Part shown: positions 25,112 to 37,384 of the stretch, one piece after another
Numbering within the stretch: the first letter of the stretch is position 1
Layout of the letters: every line of letters starts with the position of its first letter
NCBI RefSeq assembly: GCF_006345805.1
Contig: NC_043012.1
Span: 28,086,001-28,150,000 of the forward strand
Length of the DNA stretch: 64,000 nucleotides
From: Octopus sinensis
Lineage: Eukaryota
Direction: 5' to 3'
Translations under genes and position numbers: made by a program
Notes under the pieces: model-generated
What the model saw: only the letters and a program-made list of their open reading frames with translations
What the model was told of the DNA's origin: nothing
The model's database searches: none

Positions 25112-27528
25112 CATATATACATACACATATATACACATATACATAGTTATTTATTTATTTATCTGTGTATTTATTATGTTTTCAGGATCCTCTATCGTCA
25201 TATGTTGTGGTGTGTGTTAGTGCTCCATTCTAGTTTTCTATTCAGGCTAGGTTTACTTTCTATTATGTGTGTAGCTTCTGTAATTTGTCTAATTGTTGCA
25301 TCTGATCTATGTGTGGATAATATTTTAATTTCTATGCTACTGATTGATCCCCCGTGTTCTTGTTCGGCGTGTTGGTACAGAACCGATGAGCTTTTACCTT
25401 CCTTGAGTTGTCTCCAATGTTCATTTACCCGCTCTCTTATGCTTCTTGCCGTTTCCCCTACGTATGTCGTTGTCTTGTTACTGCATCGTCCCTCTATACA
25501 TCTTATACTATAGACTACATTTCTGGCTTTACAGTTGTTTGTTTGGGCTAAATCTACATACAGTACAGTACCTATCTGTACAGGGGGTTCTACTAAAAGG
25601 ATAGGTTCTACCAATTATAGATTTGATAGGGTTGCCTGGCTTTTCAACAACCTTAATTCTTAGCTTAAGTTTGTTTAGGGTCCTTCTAAAGCGATACGCC
25701 AGTTCACCTCCAGGGGTGGTGTCAACGAACATGACACTCTGGTATTTATGGCTATCATACCAAGAGTTGGCCTTCTCTATTTTCTTTTTTGTTCTTTCTA
25801 TAGTGTTCCATGACTTGTTCCTATAGAGTGGGCAAATACCATTCCTATCATTACATAATATATTATCAAATTTCTTAATGAGAGCCAGGTGGAATTCTGT
25901 AATGTCAACACAGAAGAACTGGGCCTCCTACTTAGACTGACATGTAATACTGAATACTTAGATAAACATAATCTTAGTAGTTTCTGCCCCAGTAGATGTT
26001 TAAGAGGTAGACCGCCCACAATTACTTCTATGGCTAGGAAGACACATATAGAAAGATGGCGCGGATGGTCCATCAGATAAAGAAAATGATCGCACATGCA
26101 CTAGGAGCTAGTATAAGAATTACCCTAAAAGGCCACATGTTTAAGTTTAATAATAAAATATATGCCCAGGACGAGGGGGCAGCCATCGGCGTTAGTATCG
26201 CTGGTGATGTGGCCAACCTTTTCATGGTATGGTGGGACAGAAGGCTTAAAGAACGCCTAACACAGAACTCCATACCCGTAAACATGTACTCTCGCTAAGT
26301 TGATGATATCAACATAGTGGTAAAGGCACCCCCACAAGAGAGTAATGTTGATATAATAATAGAAACTAATACTATGGAGAGCATCCAACAAATAGCTAAC
26401 TCCATCCACCAGAGTATTAAGGTCACAATAGACTACCCCACTAAACACCCCAACCATAGACTACCAGTACTAGACACCGAACTCTGGCTAGAAATTGTGA
26501 ATAATAAAACCCAAATCCTTCATTCATACTATGCCAAACCTATGGCCTCAAAATACTTGATCCACCGGAACTCAGCCATTGCGGACAATGAAAAATTCAG
26601 TATTTTGATTGCAGACCTCGTCAGAATAATGAAAAATGTGTCATGCATGTGCGAGCCCACAGAGTTAAAGAGACACATACAATATTTCATTCACCGCATG
26701 CAGTTCTCAGGTTACAGCCATAAAGAAAGGATCAGAGTATACAAAGGAGCCATGAAGAAATTTGATAGTATATTATGTAATGATAGGAATGGTATTTGCC
26801 CACTCTATAGGAACAAGTCATGGAACACTATAGAAAGGACAAAAAAGAAAATAGGGAAGGCCAACTCTTGGTATGATAGCCATAAATACCAGAGTGTCAT
26901 GTTCGTTGACACCACCCCTGGAGGTGAACTGGCGTATCGCTTTAGAAGGACCCTAGACAAACTTAAGCTAAGAATTAAGGTTGTTGAAAAGCCAGGCAAC
27001 CCTATCAAATCTATAATTGGTAGAACCTATCCTTTTAGTAGAACCCCCTGTACAGATAGGTACTGCACTGTATGTAGATTTAGCCCACAAACAAACTGTA
27101 AAGCCAGAAATGTAGTCTATAGTATAAGATGTATAGAGGGACGATGCAGTAACAAGACAACGACATACGTAGGGGAAACGGCAAGAAGCATAAGAGAGCG
27201 GGTAAATGAATATTGGAGACAACTCAAGGAAGGTAAAAGCTCATCGGTTCTGTACCAACACGCCGAACAAGAACACGGGGGATCAATCAGTAGCATAGAA
27301 ATTAAAATATTATCCACACATAGATCAGATGCAACAATTAGACAAATTACAGAAGCTACACACATAATAGAAAATAAACCTAGCCTGAATAGAAAACTAG
27401 AATGGAGCACTAACACACACCACAACATATGACGATAGAGGATCCTGAAAACATAATAAATACACAGATAAATAAATAAATAACTATGTATATGTGTATA
27501 TATGTGTATGTATATATGTATGTATGTA

Positions 27529-27620
<92 letters not shown>

Positions 27621-28163
27621 ATATATACATTATATATATATTTTTTTTTCGATTCATTTATTATTATTATTACTAGTATTGTTGTTATACATACATACAT
27701 ACATACATACATACAAGCATATGTAATGATAATAATGGGTGGATGTAAACACACGAACAAAGTAAGAATAAACAAAAACAAAAAAACAAAAAAAAAACAA
27801 AAACAAAATACAAAATACAAATTACATGAACATATATAAACAGAAGATACAAATATTACGGCATCCCCCACATACACACACTAAATAAACATAAACGCAC
27901 ATAGAGATATAAGCATGCGCAAATGAAGACATACAATAGAAATACAAAATGGCTGACGGTTAGTAAGGAGAGACACAAATAAGTGAGAAGAAAACAAAGG
28001 ACCACTGATGCGGTCACAGGAGTGTGACGAAAGAACTCTGGCCGAAATAAGATTAAGATTAATGTAAAAAATAAATAACACTGAAGCAAAGTAACACCAA
28101 ATATATAGTGCGTGTGTTTTTATTGGCTAAACTGGCAAAATGACCATTCCGAAATATAACAAT
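24424..28163. mobile_element. Penelope-like element 1: inverted 3'-end copy (24424/24475-25876, minus) joined head-to-head to a 5'-truncated forward copy (25877-28163)
   Basis: 24475-25876 is the reverse complement of 26755-28163 (GIY-YIG ORF 25198-25614 mirrors the C-terminus of ORF 26317-27432); unique spacer 25877-26754. Confidence 0.92.
25877..27432 (+). pseudogene. PLE RT + GIY-YIG polyprotein, 5'-truncated, one frameshift (~26070) and a premature stop in the YVDD motif
   Basis: CPSRCLRGRPPTIT; YAQDEGAAIGVSIAGDVANLFM; YSR*VDD (TAA at 26296-26298); LPVLDTELW, HSYYAKPMAS; NCKARNVVYSIRC...YVGETARSIRERVNE. Confidence 0.9.
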
Positions 28164-28260
28164 GTCTGTTTCAACACACGACTTCACATAAAAAATCTTG
28201 CACAACAAATATTTAAACGTATATATATAAATATATTTATATATATATATATATATATAT

Positions 28261-28385
28261 AGAATGGTTGTATACTGTCAATCTAACAAGAACGTGACAG
28301 TAGGGGGTACACCACCGTTGTATAGCCCTAGGAGGCATCGAACGCCTCCTGAGAGCTTCGACACATTTTTCCCCGTGTCCTTATA
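28261..28385. repeat. ~125-bp structured interspersed element with three hairpins; second copy at 48938-49058
   Basis: Stems CTGTCA/TGACAG, AGGAGGC/GCCTCCT and GACAC/GTGTC are present in both copies. Confidence 0.75.
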
Positions 28386-28390
28386 TACAT

Positions 28391-28554
28391 ATGTTTTCGC
28401 CCAAAGGGACAGCTAGGAACATCGTATACACAGAAGTATTCGAGTGAAGAGAAAACATCGCAACCTACACATGCGCATTCGTTCCCCAGAGAGAAAGGAC
28501 TAGATTGGGATTAGTCGTTGCCTACTAGTGGCTCTTACAGACAGACAAACTGCC

Positions 28555-28560
<6 letters not shown>
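28391..28560 (+). mobile_element. Helitron 3'-region copy fused to an inverted Helitron 5' terminus
   Basis: 28391-28539 matches 29863-30011 with a few substitutions; followed by gacagacaaactgccgtttat, the reverse complement of 29111-29130. Confidence 0.8.
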
Positions 28561-28639
<79 letters not shown>

Positions 28640-28649
28640 ATATATATAT

Positions 28650-28920
28650 ATTTCAACATTGAGGGTAAAATTAATTAATTATTAATCAATTTCACCAAGT
28701 ATTCAGTATGCAAAGGGACCATTTAAGGCGAATTCAAATTATTACATTATATAAAAGGGCTTAGTAAAACAAATACTTTGCCGCATACTGAACTCATTAG
28801 AAATAGTAGCTAAAAAAACTTTTTAAAACTATTTCTAATACTTAAAGAAAACCTCTCTCATATAGTGTTTGCTCAATTCAACTCATGAAAGTATGGGGGT
28901 AAAGACATTAAAAAATCAAA
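28650..28920. repeat. Unclassified AT-rich interspersed repeat flanked by (TA)n; related inverted copy at ~8560-8815
   Basis: aaagggcttagtaaaac...ttgccgcatactgaactcattagaaatag is the reverse complement of 8765-8815. Confidence 0.65.
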
Positions 28921-28973
28921 TGCAAAGGTTTTATATATATATATATATATTGTATATATATATATATATATAT

Positions 28974-29062
28974 AAGTGTGTGTCAAGTTTCATCAGAATC
29001 GGTTGAAAGCCGTGGTCAAGGTGAGGATACAACCTGACAGACACACAGACAGACAAACTGCC

Positions 29063-29114
<52 letters not shown>

Positions 29115-29203
29115 GGCAGTTTGTCTGTCTGTGTGTCTGTCAGGTTGTACCCTCACCTTGACCACGGCTTTCAACCGATTCTGATGAAACTTGACACACA
29201 CTT
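28974..29203. repeat. 230-bp near-perfect palindrome (93-bp arms, one mismatch, (AT)n centre) at the Helitron 5' end
   Basis: 28974-29066 versus 29111-29203; mirror ORFs 28976-29161 (+) and 29016-29201 (-) differ by single residues. Confidence 0.92.
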
Positions 29204-30040
29204 AGCGCAATGTCATAATTCAAAACGAACGCAGCGAAAATTTTGAAAAGTTCCACCAGTTCTGAAAAAAATCGATAAATTCGACATGGGGTCGAGAATC
29301 AGAAACACAAACCACAGACTGTCTAGGGGACGCAACTCGACCTTTTGAACTCTCAACTCCATCAATATCCAGCTACTTGAAGCTATTGCTGGTGATGTCC
29401 ACGTCTACAAATCTATTTATAGGATAGCAGACCCCGCCGAGCTTGCCGATTATCCTGTTGAATTCCTGAATTCACTTTGACCGCCAGGCCTGCCGCCACA
29501 CATCCTGAAGTTAAAAGTCCATTATGCTCATCAGGAATTTGGTTCCACCTAAACAGTGCAACGGGACACGTCTGGTTGTGAAACATTTGCCACCACATTT
29601 AATAATGGCCACAATACTTACCGGTTGTGGGAAGGGAGAGGACGTCTTCATTCCACGCATGCACCTTCAACCGTCGGGTGCTGACCTACCAATCCACTTC
29701 AGGCGTTCTCAGTTTCCTGTTAAACTCTGCTTCGCAATGTGCATCAATAAATCCCAAGGCCAAACGCTACAAGTCGCTGGGTTACAGTTGGGCGAACAGT
29801 GCTTCGCCCACGGTCAACTCTACGTGGGCTGTTCACGCGTTGGGAAGCGCAATGATGTTTTCATGTTTTCGCCCAAAGGGACAGCTAGGAACATCGTATA
29901 CACAGAAGTATTCGAGTGAAGAGAAGACATTGCAACCTACACATGCGCCTTCGTTCCCTAGAGAGAAAGGACTAGATTGGGATTAGTCGTTGCCTACTAG
30001 GGGCTCTTACATACCCGGGCAATGCCGGGCTATGCTGCTA

Positions 30041-30042
<2 letters not shown>
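29105..30042 (+). mobile_element. Non-autonomous Helitron carrying the C-terminus of the PIF1-like helicase
   Basis: ORF 29524-29919 MLIRNL...CNGTRLVV...RRSQFPVKLCFAMCINKSQGQTL...FAHGQLYVGCSRV; 3' hairpin cccgggcaatgccggg followed by CTAG. Confidence 0.92.
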
Positions 30043-30079
<37 letters not shown>

Positions 30080-30450
30080 AATATAATTTATTAAAAAGCA
30101 GCAAAAATATCACAAAAGCTGTTACTCAGAGTTTCACGTTCCCGTTCGTCGGACAATTTTGTTTAGAATAGAGCAAGACAAAGTTAAATGCTGAAATACA
30201 ATTACTTTGATAGAGACACATTTGAAAACGGTTTTGTTTCATTGGTCCTTTCAACTAACGGACTTTTTAATAACCGGTTGCATAAAATAACAAATTGCGG
30301 TTTAAACCCATATTATTATAAAAATCGAAGAAAACCTTAAATCAACAATAGCTCATGAGGAAGGAAAAATGCTTGCATATCCAGTGTAAATAATTAGCTT
30401 TAAAAATAATAGTAAATTAATAAATTAAAAGATATATTCGTTTAAAAATG
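30080..30450 (-). mobile_element. Short non-coding element ending in a minimal hammerhead motif (30119-30156); related copies at 49380-49545 (truncated), 51700-51875 and 55640-55700
   Basis: Reverse complement TTGT-CCGACGA-ACG-GGAA-CGT-GAAAC-TCTGA-GTA-ACAG; body homologous to 49390-49545. Confidence 0.65.
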
Positions 30451-30598
30451 TTTCATGCTAAATTACATATACATTTAGCAATACATACACATACCAAACA
30501 ATCTATAACATACGTATACATACTAAACATACAGACGTAGGTACATGGCTACATACATATACAGACATATATAGGCAAAACGTAAATATATACAAATG

Positions 30599-30659
<61 letters not shown>

Positions 30660-31435
30660 ATATATATTTATGCACGTCTCCCTGTTAATGTATCTCTCAT
30701 GCATGCTACTTCCCCCCTATCTCTTTTGTTATGACATATAATTGCTTTCATTTTGTTTAAAACGTCGTCGTTGTAATGTTTTCTTTCATATTGTGATAGA
30801 CAGATATCATACAGAAAATGTTAGCTTCCAAATCCTGATTTTTCATTGGGTAAAAATTATCAAATTTTAAACCTCTAACATTTTTGTAAATTTTTTCTGG
30901 AATAAATGAACCATAAAATCGGCTCATCAACATGCCAAGTTTGAACATTTCCACTAAATTATAAAATTTCCAAATCTGTGACAGCAATAGAAAGGATCTC
31001 TTTCTCTTTCTCTCTTTCTGTTTCTCTATTTCACTCACGCTTTCCTCTTTGTAAAATACCCCCTCTCTCAATATATTTATCGCACTTTCACTCTCCCTCT
31101 GTGTATGTATATCGCTCACGCTGTGTGTATGTGTGTCTGTGTGTGCGTGCGCGTGTGCTGGTGTGTATATGTATGTGTCAGTGTGTGTGTATTCATAAGG
31201 AATTTCATTAGGGTGACGGAGTCGAAAGACCCCCACAAAGCGCCAGCAGCAAGCTAAGAAAGATCTTTACATTTATGCACCAAACGGAAAAATAAAAACT
31301 TAGTTTATCGAAACATTATAAATTACCCGAGATAATGCAGAAAAGCTGTCCTGATCAAGAGGCAGATCGGCCAGAGAAAGAAATTGAAATAAAGGCATTT
31401 TATTGTAAAAATTGTTCGGCAATGACAAGATCGTG

Positions 31436-31466
<31 letters not shown>

Positions 31467-31679
31467 TGTGTGTGTAGCATGTGTATACGTGTATAAGAAT
31501 ATATAGTGTACAAAATGTGGATGGTATGGAAGGCAGTGACGTCTGCATGAGGGGACTAATCCATCTTTTTTATTATGACTACTATCCCCTAGGACACATA
31601 TACATACATACACACACATACACACACACACACACACACATACACACACACACACGATATTATATTTTATACAATATAT

Positions 31680-31920
31680 TTTTCTTTTGTTTCAGTCATT
31701 GGACTGCGGCCCTGCTGGAGAAACGCTTTTGAAGGTTTTAGTTGAAAGGATCAGCTACTTAATTTTCAGTCTGGTTCATTTTCCATCGTCTCTTTTGACG
31801 TACCACTAAGTCACGAGGACGTAAGCAAATCAACACCGATTGTCAAGTGGTGGGGGAACAAAAACAGACACAAAGACATACATACATCAGGTTTCCTTAC
31901 AGTTTCTGTTTACCAAATGA
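31680..31920 (-). mobile_element. Degenerate SINE family 2 body
   Basis: tttcagtcattggactgcggcc...gtttccttacagtttctgtttaccaaat. Confidence 0.65.
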
Positions 31921-32472
31921 TGTTCCATTTTATCTGGGGAACACCATTGTTAAAGCCAGAAAATACAGAGGATAGGGCACCAAATGTGAACTCTAAATCA
32001 CTGAAAAACTAAATATCATATAGTCAAAAGATAACATCCTAAATATTAGGGATGAAATTTGCTCTCTCTGCATACACAAGCAATATTTCACACTTAAACA
32101 CTTCAAAGAAGAACCACTACATGCGCCGCTAATTCCACAAAATAGCCCCTTTCGTGAACGTGAAATTTGAATATACTTAACAGAAAGAAGAAAAATTGTT
32201 AAAATATTAAGATATTTTCGTATTTTTCTTAACATGAAACCAATGGTAGCCTTAATTCACTAATAAAGAAATTCTATCCACCAATGCGTCGCAGAGCACT
32301 GAGCATTTTCCTCGTTTGAATTTACAAACTGATATTTTAGAGTTTGTTATTCACGGTTTAAATAGGGAGTCTTTAAATATACACATATGCATACGCAAAC
32401 ACACACACACGCATGCATGCGCACACACGCATGTATGCACACACACGCATGCACACACACGCGCGCGCGCAT

Positions 32473-32631
32473 GGGCGCAGGTGTGTCTGTGTGGTAAGAA
32501 CCTTGCTTCACAACCACATAGCTCCGAGTTCAGTTCCACTGCGTGACAACTTGGGTAAGTGTCTTCTAGTATAGCCTAGGATCGACCAAAGCATTGTAAG
32601 TGGAATTTTAGACGGAAACTGAAAGTCCATC

Positions 32632-32680
<49 letters not shown>

Positions 32681-32878
32681 ATTTATGTGCCTGTTTTTGT
32701 CTGTGTCTGCCCCCCACCCATTGCTTGACAACCGATGTTGTATTTACGTTTCCGTATCTAGCAGTTCAGTAAAAGAGACCGATTGAATAAGTCCTGGGGT
32801 CTTACAAAGAATAAGTCCTGGGGTCGGTTTCTTTAAGGCTGTGCTCCAATATGGCCGCAGTCAAATGACTGAAACAAG
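32473..32878 (+). mobile_element. SINE family 2, full length
   Basis: gggcgcaggtgtgtctgtgtggtaag head, CORE-like aacttgggtaagtgtcttc, (TA)n spacer, tail ggccgcagtcaaatgactgaaac. Confidence 0.85.
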
Positions 32879-32934
32879 TTTTATATATATATGGTAAAAG
32901 AAAGATGGGAGATGGAATATACGAGAATTTAAAT

Positions 32935-33740
32935 TTTAGTTACGACAATTGTTTCGACACATCTAGCATCTATCGCTCATGGGCGGGACACTTAGCAACT
33001 GGTTCAGGAGCATCCGGCGGTGCAGATGTGTTTCTTCGGCTGGTAAATAGATACAACTCGTTAAAATAACTCTTCCGCAATATATCTTCTCATTTTGTAG
33101 AAAGAAAAGCAGCAAAACGAAGGAAATATCTTCATTTCTATAGAAGATCAAAAATAAAATCACAGATGCAAAAAAGAAACGAACATGCAATCCAGCGAGA
33201 AAAGTATTTAAAATAACCGATAACAAATATGGGTGTATAACTGCCCTCGCGCAAGCTGCATGGCGCGAGTGCACTCGCTCATACAAGCATCCACGAAAAT
33301 GTAAGCACACGCACACATGTGGTTTGGTGCACTCACGACCACAAAGCGAGTTAAATAGCTACTTGGTGTTTATAAGAATGTGGAGGTTAAAAGCAAACTT
33401 AATTCATCAAGGTAGATTGTGTTAACAGTTCCTCAAATTCATTCCCACTGCAATCGCGTGAAAGTACATTTATGTGTACAGGCATCTTGAGAGTCTTTCA
33501 GAAATTCTATTAATGATCTCATTGGTCCACAGAATTGACAAGAATTCCTCGGAGTAGAACCGGCATCTGGAAATTATATTGTATGGTTTTGCATGCCTTA
33601 CTATGGACCAAATTATGTTGTACTCAATTTTATCTTCCTTCAGTCGCCATAAAAAATCCGTCAAAGATGTTAAATATCTCTTATTGATTCTCATGAAGCT
33701 GGCAACATGTTTGCGATAACGATTCTTAACAGAATCAGCC
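32935..33740 (-). mobile_element. PLE 3' fragment (GIY-YIG C-terminus + 3' UTR with degenerate hammerhead at ~32941-32985)
   Basis: ORF 33470-33694 TSLTDFLWRLKEDKIEYNIIWSIVRHAKPYN...RCRFYSEE...INRISE; terminal gtgtcGAAACaattGTC. Confidence 0.7.
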
Positions 33741-33908
<168 letters not shown>

Positions 33909-34317
33909 CAATTCATCAAATCCTAATATACATCACACCATATCATAGAATTTTATTTTAATACTTACTATTTCAGTTCTAAATTTCTCTTCTACAAGTG
34001 TTTCATGAGGTGAGTTTAACGTTCCTTAGACATTCAGTCTTTTACAGGAATATGTTTTAACTGCAATGCCAATCGTCAGGACTCTTGATAACTTTATTAT
34101 AATTCAACAACAATTTCTATATTTTAATATTTTAACAGTTACGAATGTAATTAACAGACAAATATGCGTGTGTGCAAATAAATTCGCCGAACCTTACTGT
34201 GCAAGCCATAATTTTATTGATTAAAAATTTAAAATTTACAAAACTAAATTCAAACGTGACTTATGCTAATAAACATGTATATAAATCAATAATATGTAGG
34301 AATGAAAATTATAATAT

Positions 34318-35030
34318 ACTAGCTTAAGGTGACCCGCTCTACGCGCGGGTAAGAGTGTGTTTGTTACTTTCTGTTGCTTTCTTTCTATTTTTTATCACCA
34401 TATTTTCCCTCTTTGTTTCTCTATTCTTTCTCTCTCACTTTCCCACGCTCTTACTCTGCCTTTCTCTCGGACTCTCCCTCATTTTTTCTTACTCTCTATC
34501 TTTCTCTATATAAGTTTCTCCCATTTATAAACAACAAAAGATCTTGAGTAAGTTGACAAAGAAAATAGTTTGAAAGATCAATCATAAATATCAGGCAGTG
34601 ACAAAGGAAAGGTCTGCTTCAAAGACTAACATTTAAAAGGGACAAAGTTTGAAGGGATATAATCTGAGGATAGTAAAGTCACCATGGCTGGCATTTCTTA
34701 ACGACGGACAGTAACATAGTGGCAGTTTAACGGCTGGCGTAAAATTTTGAACTTGATGTAAAAGAAAATTCCTAAACACCAAGTTTTGAAATGATTCTTT
34801 CTCACGACAGTAGACTCACCATGGCAAGCATTCAAAACTTCTTCATGATGGACGGCAACACATTGAAGATTTAAAGGCTGGCACAAATTTTTTAGTTTGA
34901 TGTAACAGAGAATTCCTAAACACCCGCTCCTGTAAATTTTAATCTCCTTCCAGCTCCATTTAGACCCCTTTTCCCATTTTGGTTAATATAACTCAATTTC
35001 ATTCGGGTCTACTCGGGCCACATTTTATAA
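34318..35030 (-). mobile_element. Non-autonomous Helitron-like element with internal ~170-bp degenerate tandem repeat
   Basis: 3' hairpin cccgc-gcgtaga-gcggg followed by CTAG on minus at 34318-34350; the 5' boundary is uncertain. Confidence 0.55.
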
Positions 35031-35265
35031 GAGGAGGAATTTTGTCCTTGGAGCTCACGCCTTTCATTTGAGGAAAAAAATAGTTACCATGCAAACTCTT
35101 AACATAGGTGCGCATATTTTCAGCTCAACTGACCACATAATGCACACATTATATATATATATATATATATATATATACGCATTAAATATATATGTACATA
35201 TATACGCTTTATATATATATGTGTGTGTGTGTGTGTACACATTATATATGCAAATGTATACTAAT

Positions 35266-35331
<66 letters not shown>

Positions 35332-35890
35332 CAGATATATACACTTTGTATATATACATTATATATACATATTCATATATAGAACACACATATATAATAT
35401 ATATATATATAAATTAACCCAATAAATATCTGATTCATAATATTTGTTCTCATGATTGTGTGGTGGTGGTGGTGGCGGCGATAATAATTCTCTCTATGAA
35501 TGCAGACGGACATAGAGAGAGAGAGAGAGGATGTGGTAGAAAGAGTGATGGCGACAGGGAAAATATAGTAGACGTTGTCAAACGACGTTATAGAGAGAAA
35601 GTGAAAGGAAGGGAGGAAAGAGAGAGACACGGAGGAAGACAAGCAGATAAGAGAATGAGAGAAGACTTGTCAAAGTGTACGTTTTTTGCTCTAGTAACCA
35701 CACCTTGTAAGATAGGGATTTCTAACCTAGCCCACTCACATCCTCACCTCATTTTACATGTCCCTGTAAATTTTGGAGTCAATCCGACGGGATCTAGTGC
35801 CCTTTAACACGTTCCACTGCCAAAACCAGACAAACTTTTTGCATTTCAGATTTATAGATATTGATATGATAATAGTGATAATATATAATA

Positions 35891-35984
<94 letters not shown>

Positions 35985-35999
35985 AAATAGTAAAAAGTG

Positions 36000-36903
36000 A
36001 AAAAACTACAGAAGGCTTGTTTTATAAGGTTAAAGAATATATTTGAGTCATTATGTTGGAAGAATTTTATAAAATTTTTTCATACAGTAACATAGTTTTT
36101 GAAGAAATTACCGGTTTCGTGTTAACTTTTCAAATTTATCAAGTGTCTTTACCTACATTGTGTTATGCCTTCGTTATGAAGTGCAAAGAAGAGTTCAAGG
36201 TAGGGGGAGGTAATAAGCGATTTCTTCCGGTATAAGGGAGATAATCGCTTTATATTTCTTTTCCCTTTATTTAATGGGATGAGTTTCTCTGTATAAGAAT
36301 GTTAGAGTGGTTAAGTTTGGTTTATATTTTTCAATGAAGAATGTTTCCTTGTTTAATCTAATTTGTGTTGGTGTTCCAATAGCACATTGATAGAATGGAA
36401 AGATTAAAAATTGTGGTAGTAGTTGCTTTGCGCATTTCTCAATATGCTCACTAAAGGGTATCATTCTGTATTCTGTATTCTGTTGTCGATGCAGAGTGCA
36501 TCTACGTCTGAGTGATAGTCCCGTGGACCCCACGTAGTTTTGGTGGCAGCCCGAGCACCTTATGGCATAAATTATGTTTTCAGAAGCACAAGTAAAATTA
36601 GATTTGATCTTGAATTTTTGTCCCTCTTTGAAAAGGAATTCTGATCCTTCTAGAAGGTTTGGGCATGTTGCGCAGTTTGGTCTACCACATTTTTTTACTT
36701 TTGCATCCGTAGTTTCAGAAAACAATTTTGCCTTTGTGAGAATCTTTTTAAGTGATTTAGGTTGTTTGTAACTTTTAATGATTTTATGTATGTTTAGAAT
36801 TTCCTTTAATTTGGGGTCCTTATGAAGTATTGGTAAATTCTGGGTGATGATGGTGAAGGCTTCTTTGTTTCTGGGGTTGTATGTGGATATGTAAGGCAGT
36901 ATT
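36000..36903 (-). mobile_element. PLE fragment, linker + GIY-YIG
   Basis: ILPYISTYNPRNK...LKKILTKAK; KCGRPNCATC; FTCASENIIYAIRCSGCHQNYVGST...E.FFIEKYKP.L. Confidence 0.88.
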
Positions 36904-37384
36904 TAAGACCCATACATTATAGCGAGAAATGTATCCTAGCTTCACTAGGTGTTTATTAACCATACTTTTAGAAACTTCCAGCTCCTCTGCAAGTTCTCTA
37001 GTCGTGATATTTGAGTTTTCTTCGATTTTTGCCTTCAAAACATCTTCCTCGAAATTTGAAGGTCTTCCACTGCGACTGTCATCTTCCAAGCTAAATTCTC
37101 CAGTTTTAGATTTTGAAAGCCACATTCGAATAATTGATTCACCGACAGCATCATCATCACCATAAACTTCACAAATATTTTTGCAAGTATTTGCCGTATT
37201 TTGGTTATCCATTTCAAATGTCAATAAAGGGTAACCGGAATGAAAGATAAATCTATTTTAGCCAGGAACAAAGAAGAGATGCACTACCACTTCAAGCACC
37301 GCCAAAGTTACGCTTCGGGTGTGTTCAATGAAATGTTAAGAAATTTAGCTTAAAAACGCTCAGAACTTTCCAGACAACCTAGTA
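36904..37384 (-). mobile_element. mariner 5' half (HTH DNA-binding region) with left TIR
   Basis: NICEVYGDDDAVGESIIRMW...SLEDDSRSGRPS...TTRELAEEL...GYISRYNVWV; TIR ctaggttgtctggaaagttc next to TA. Confidence 0.88.
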
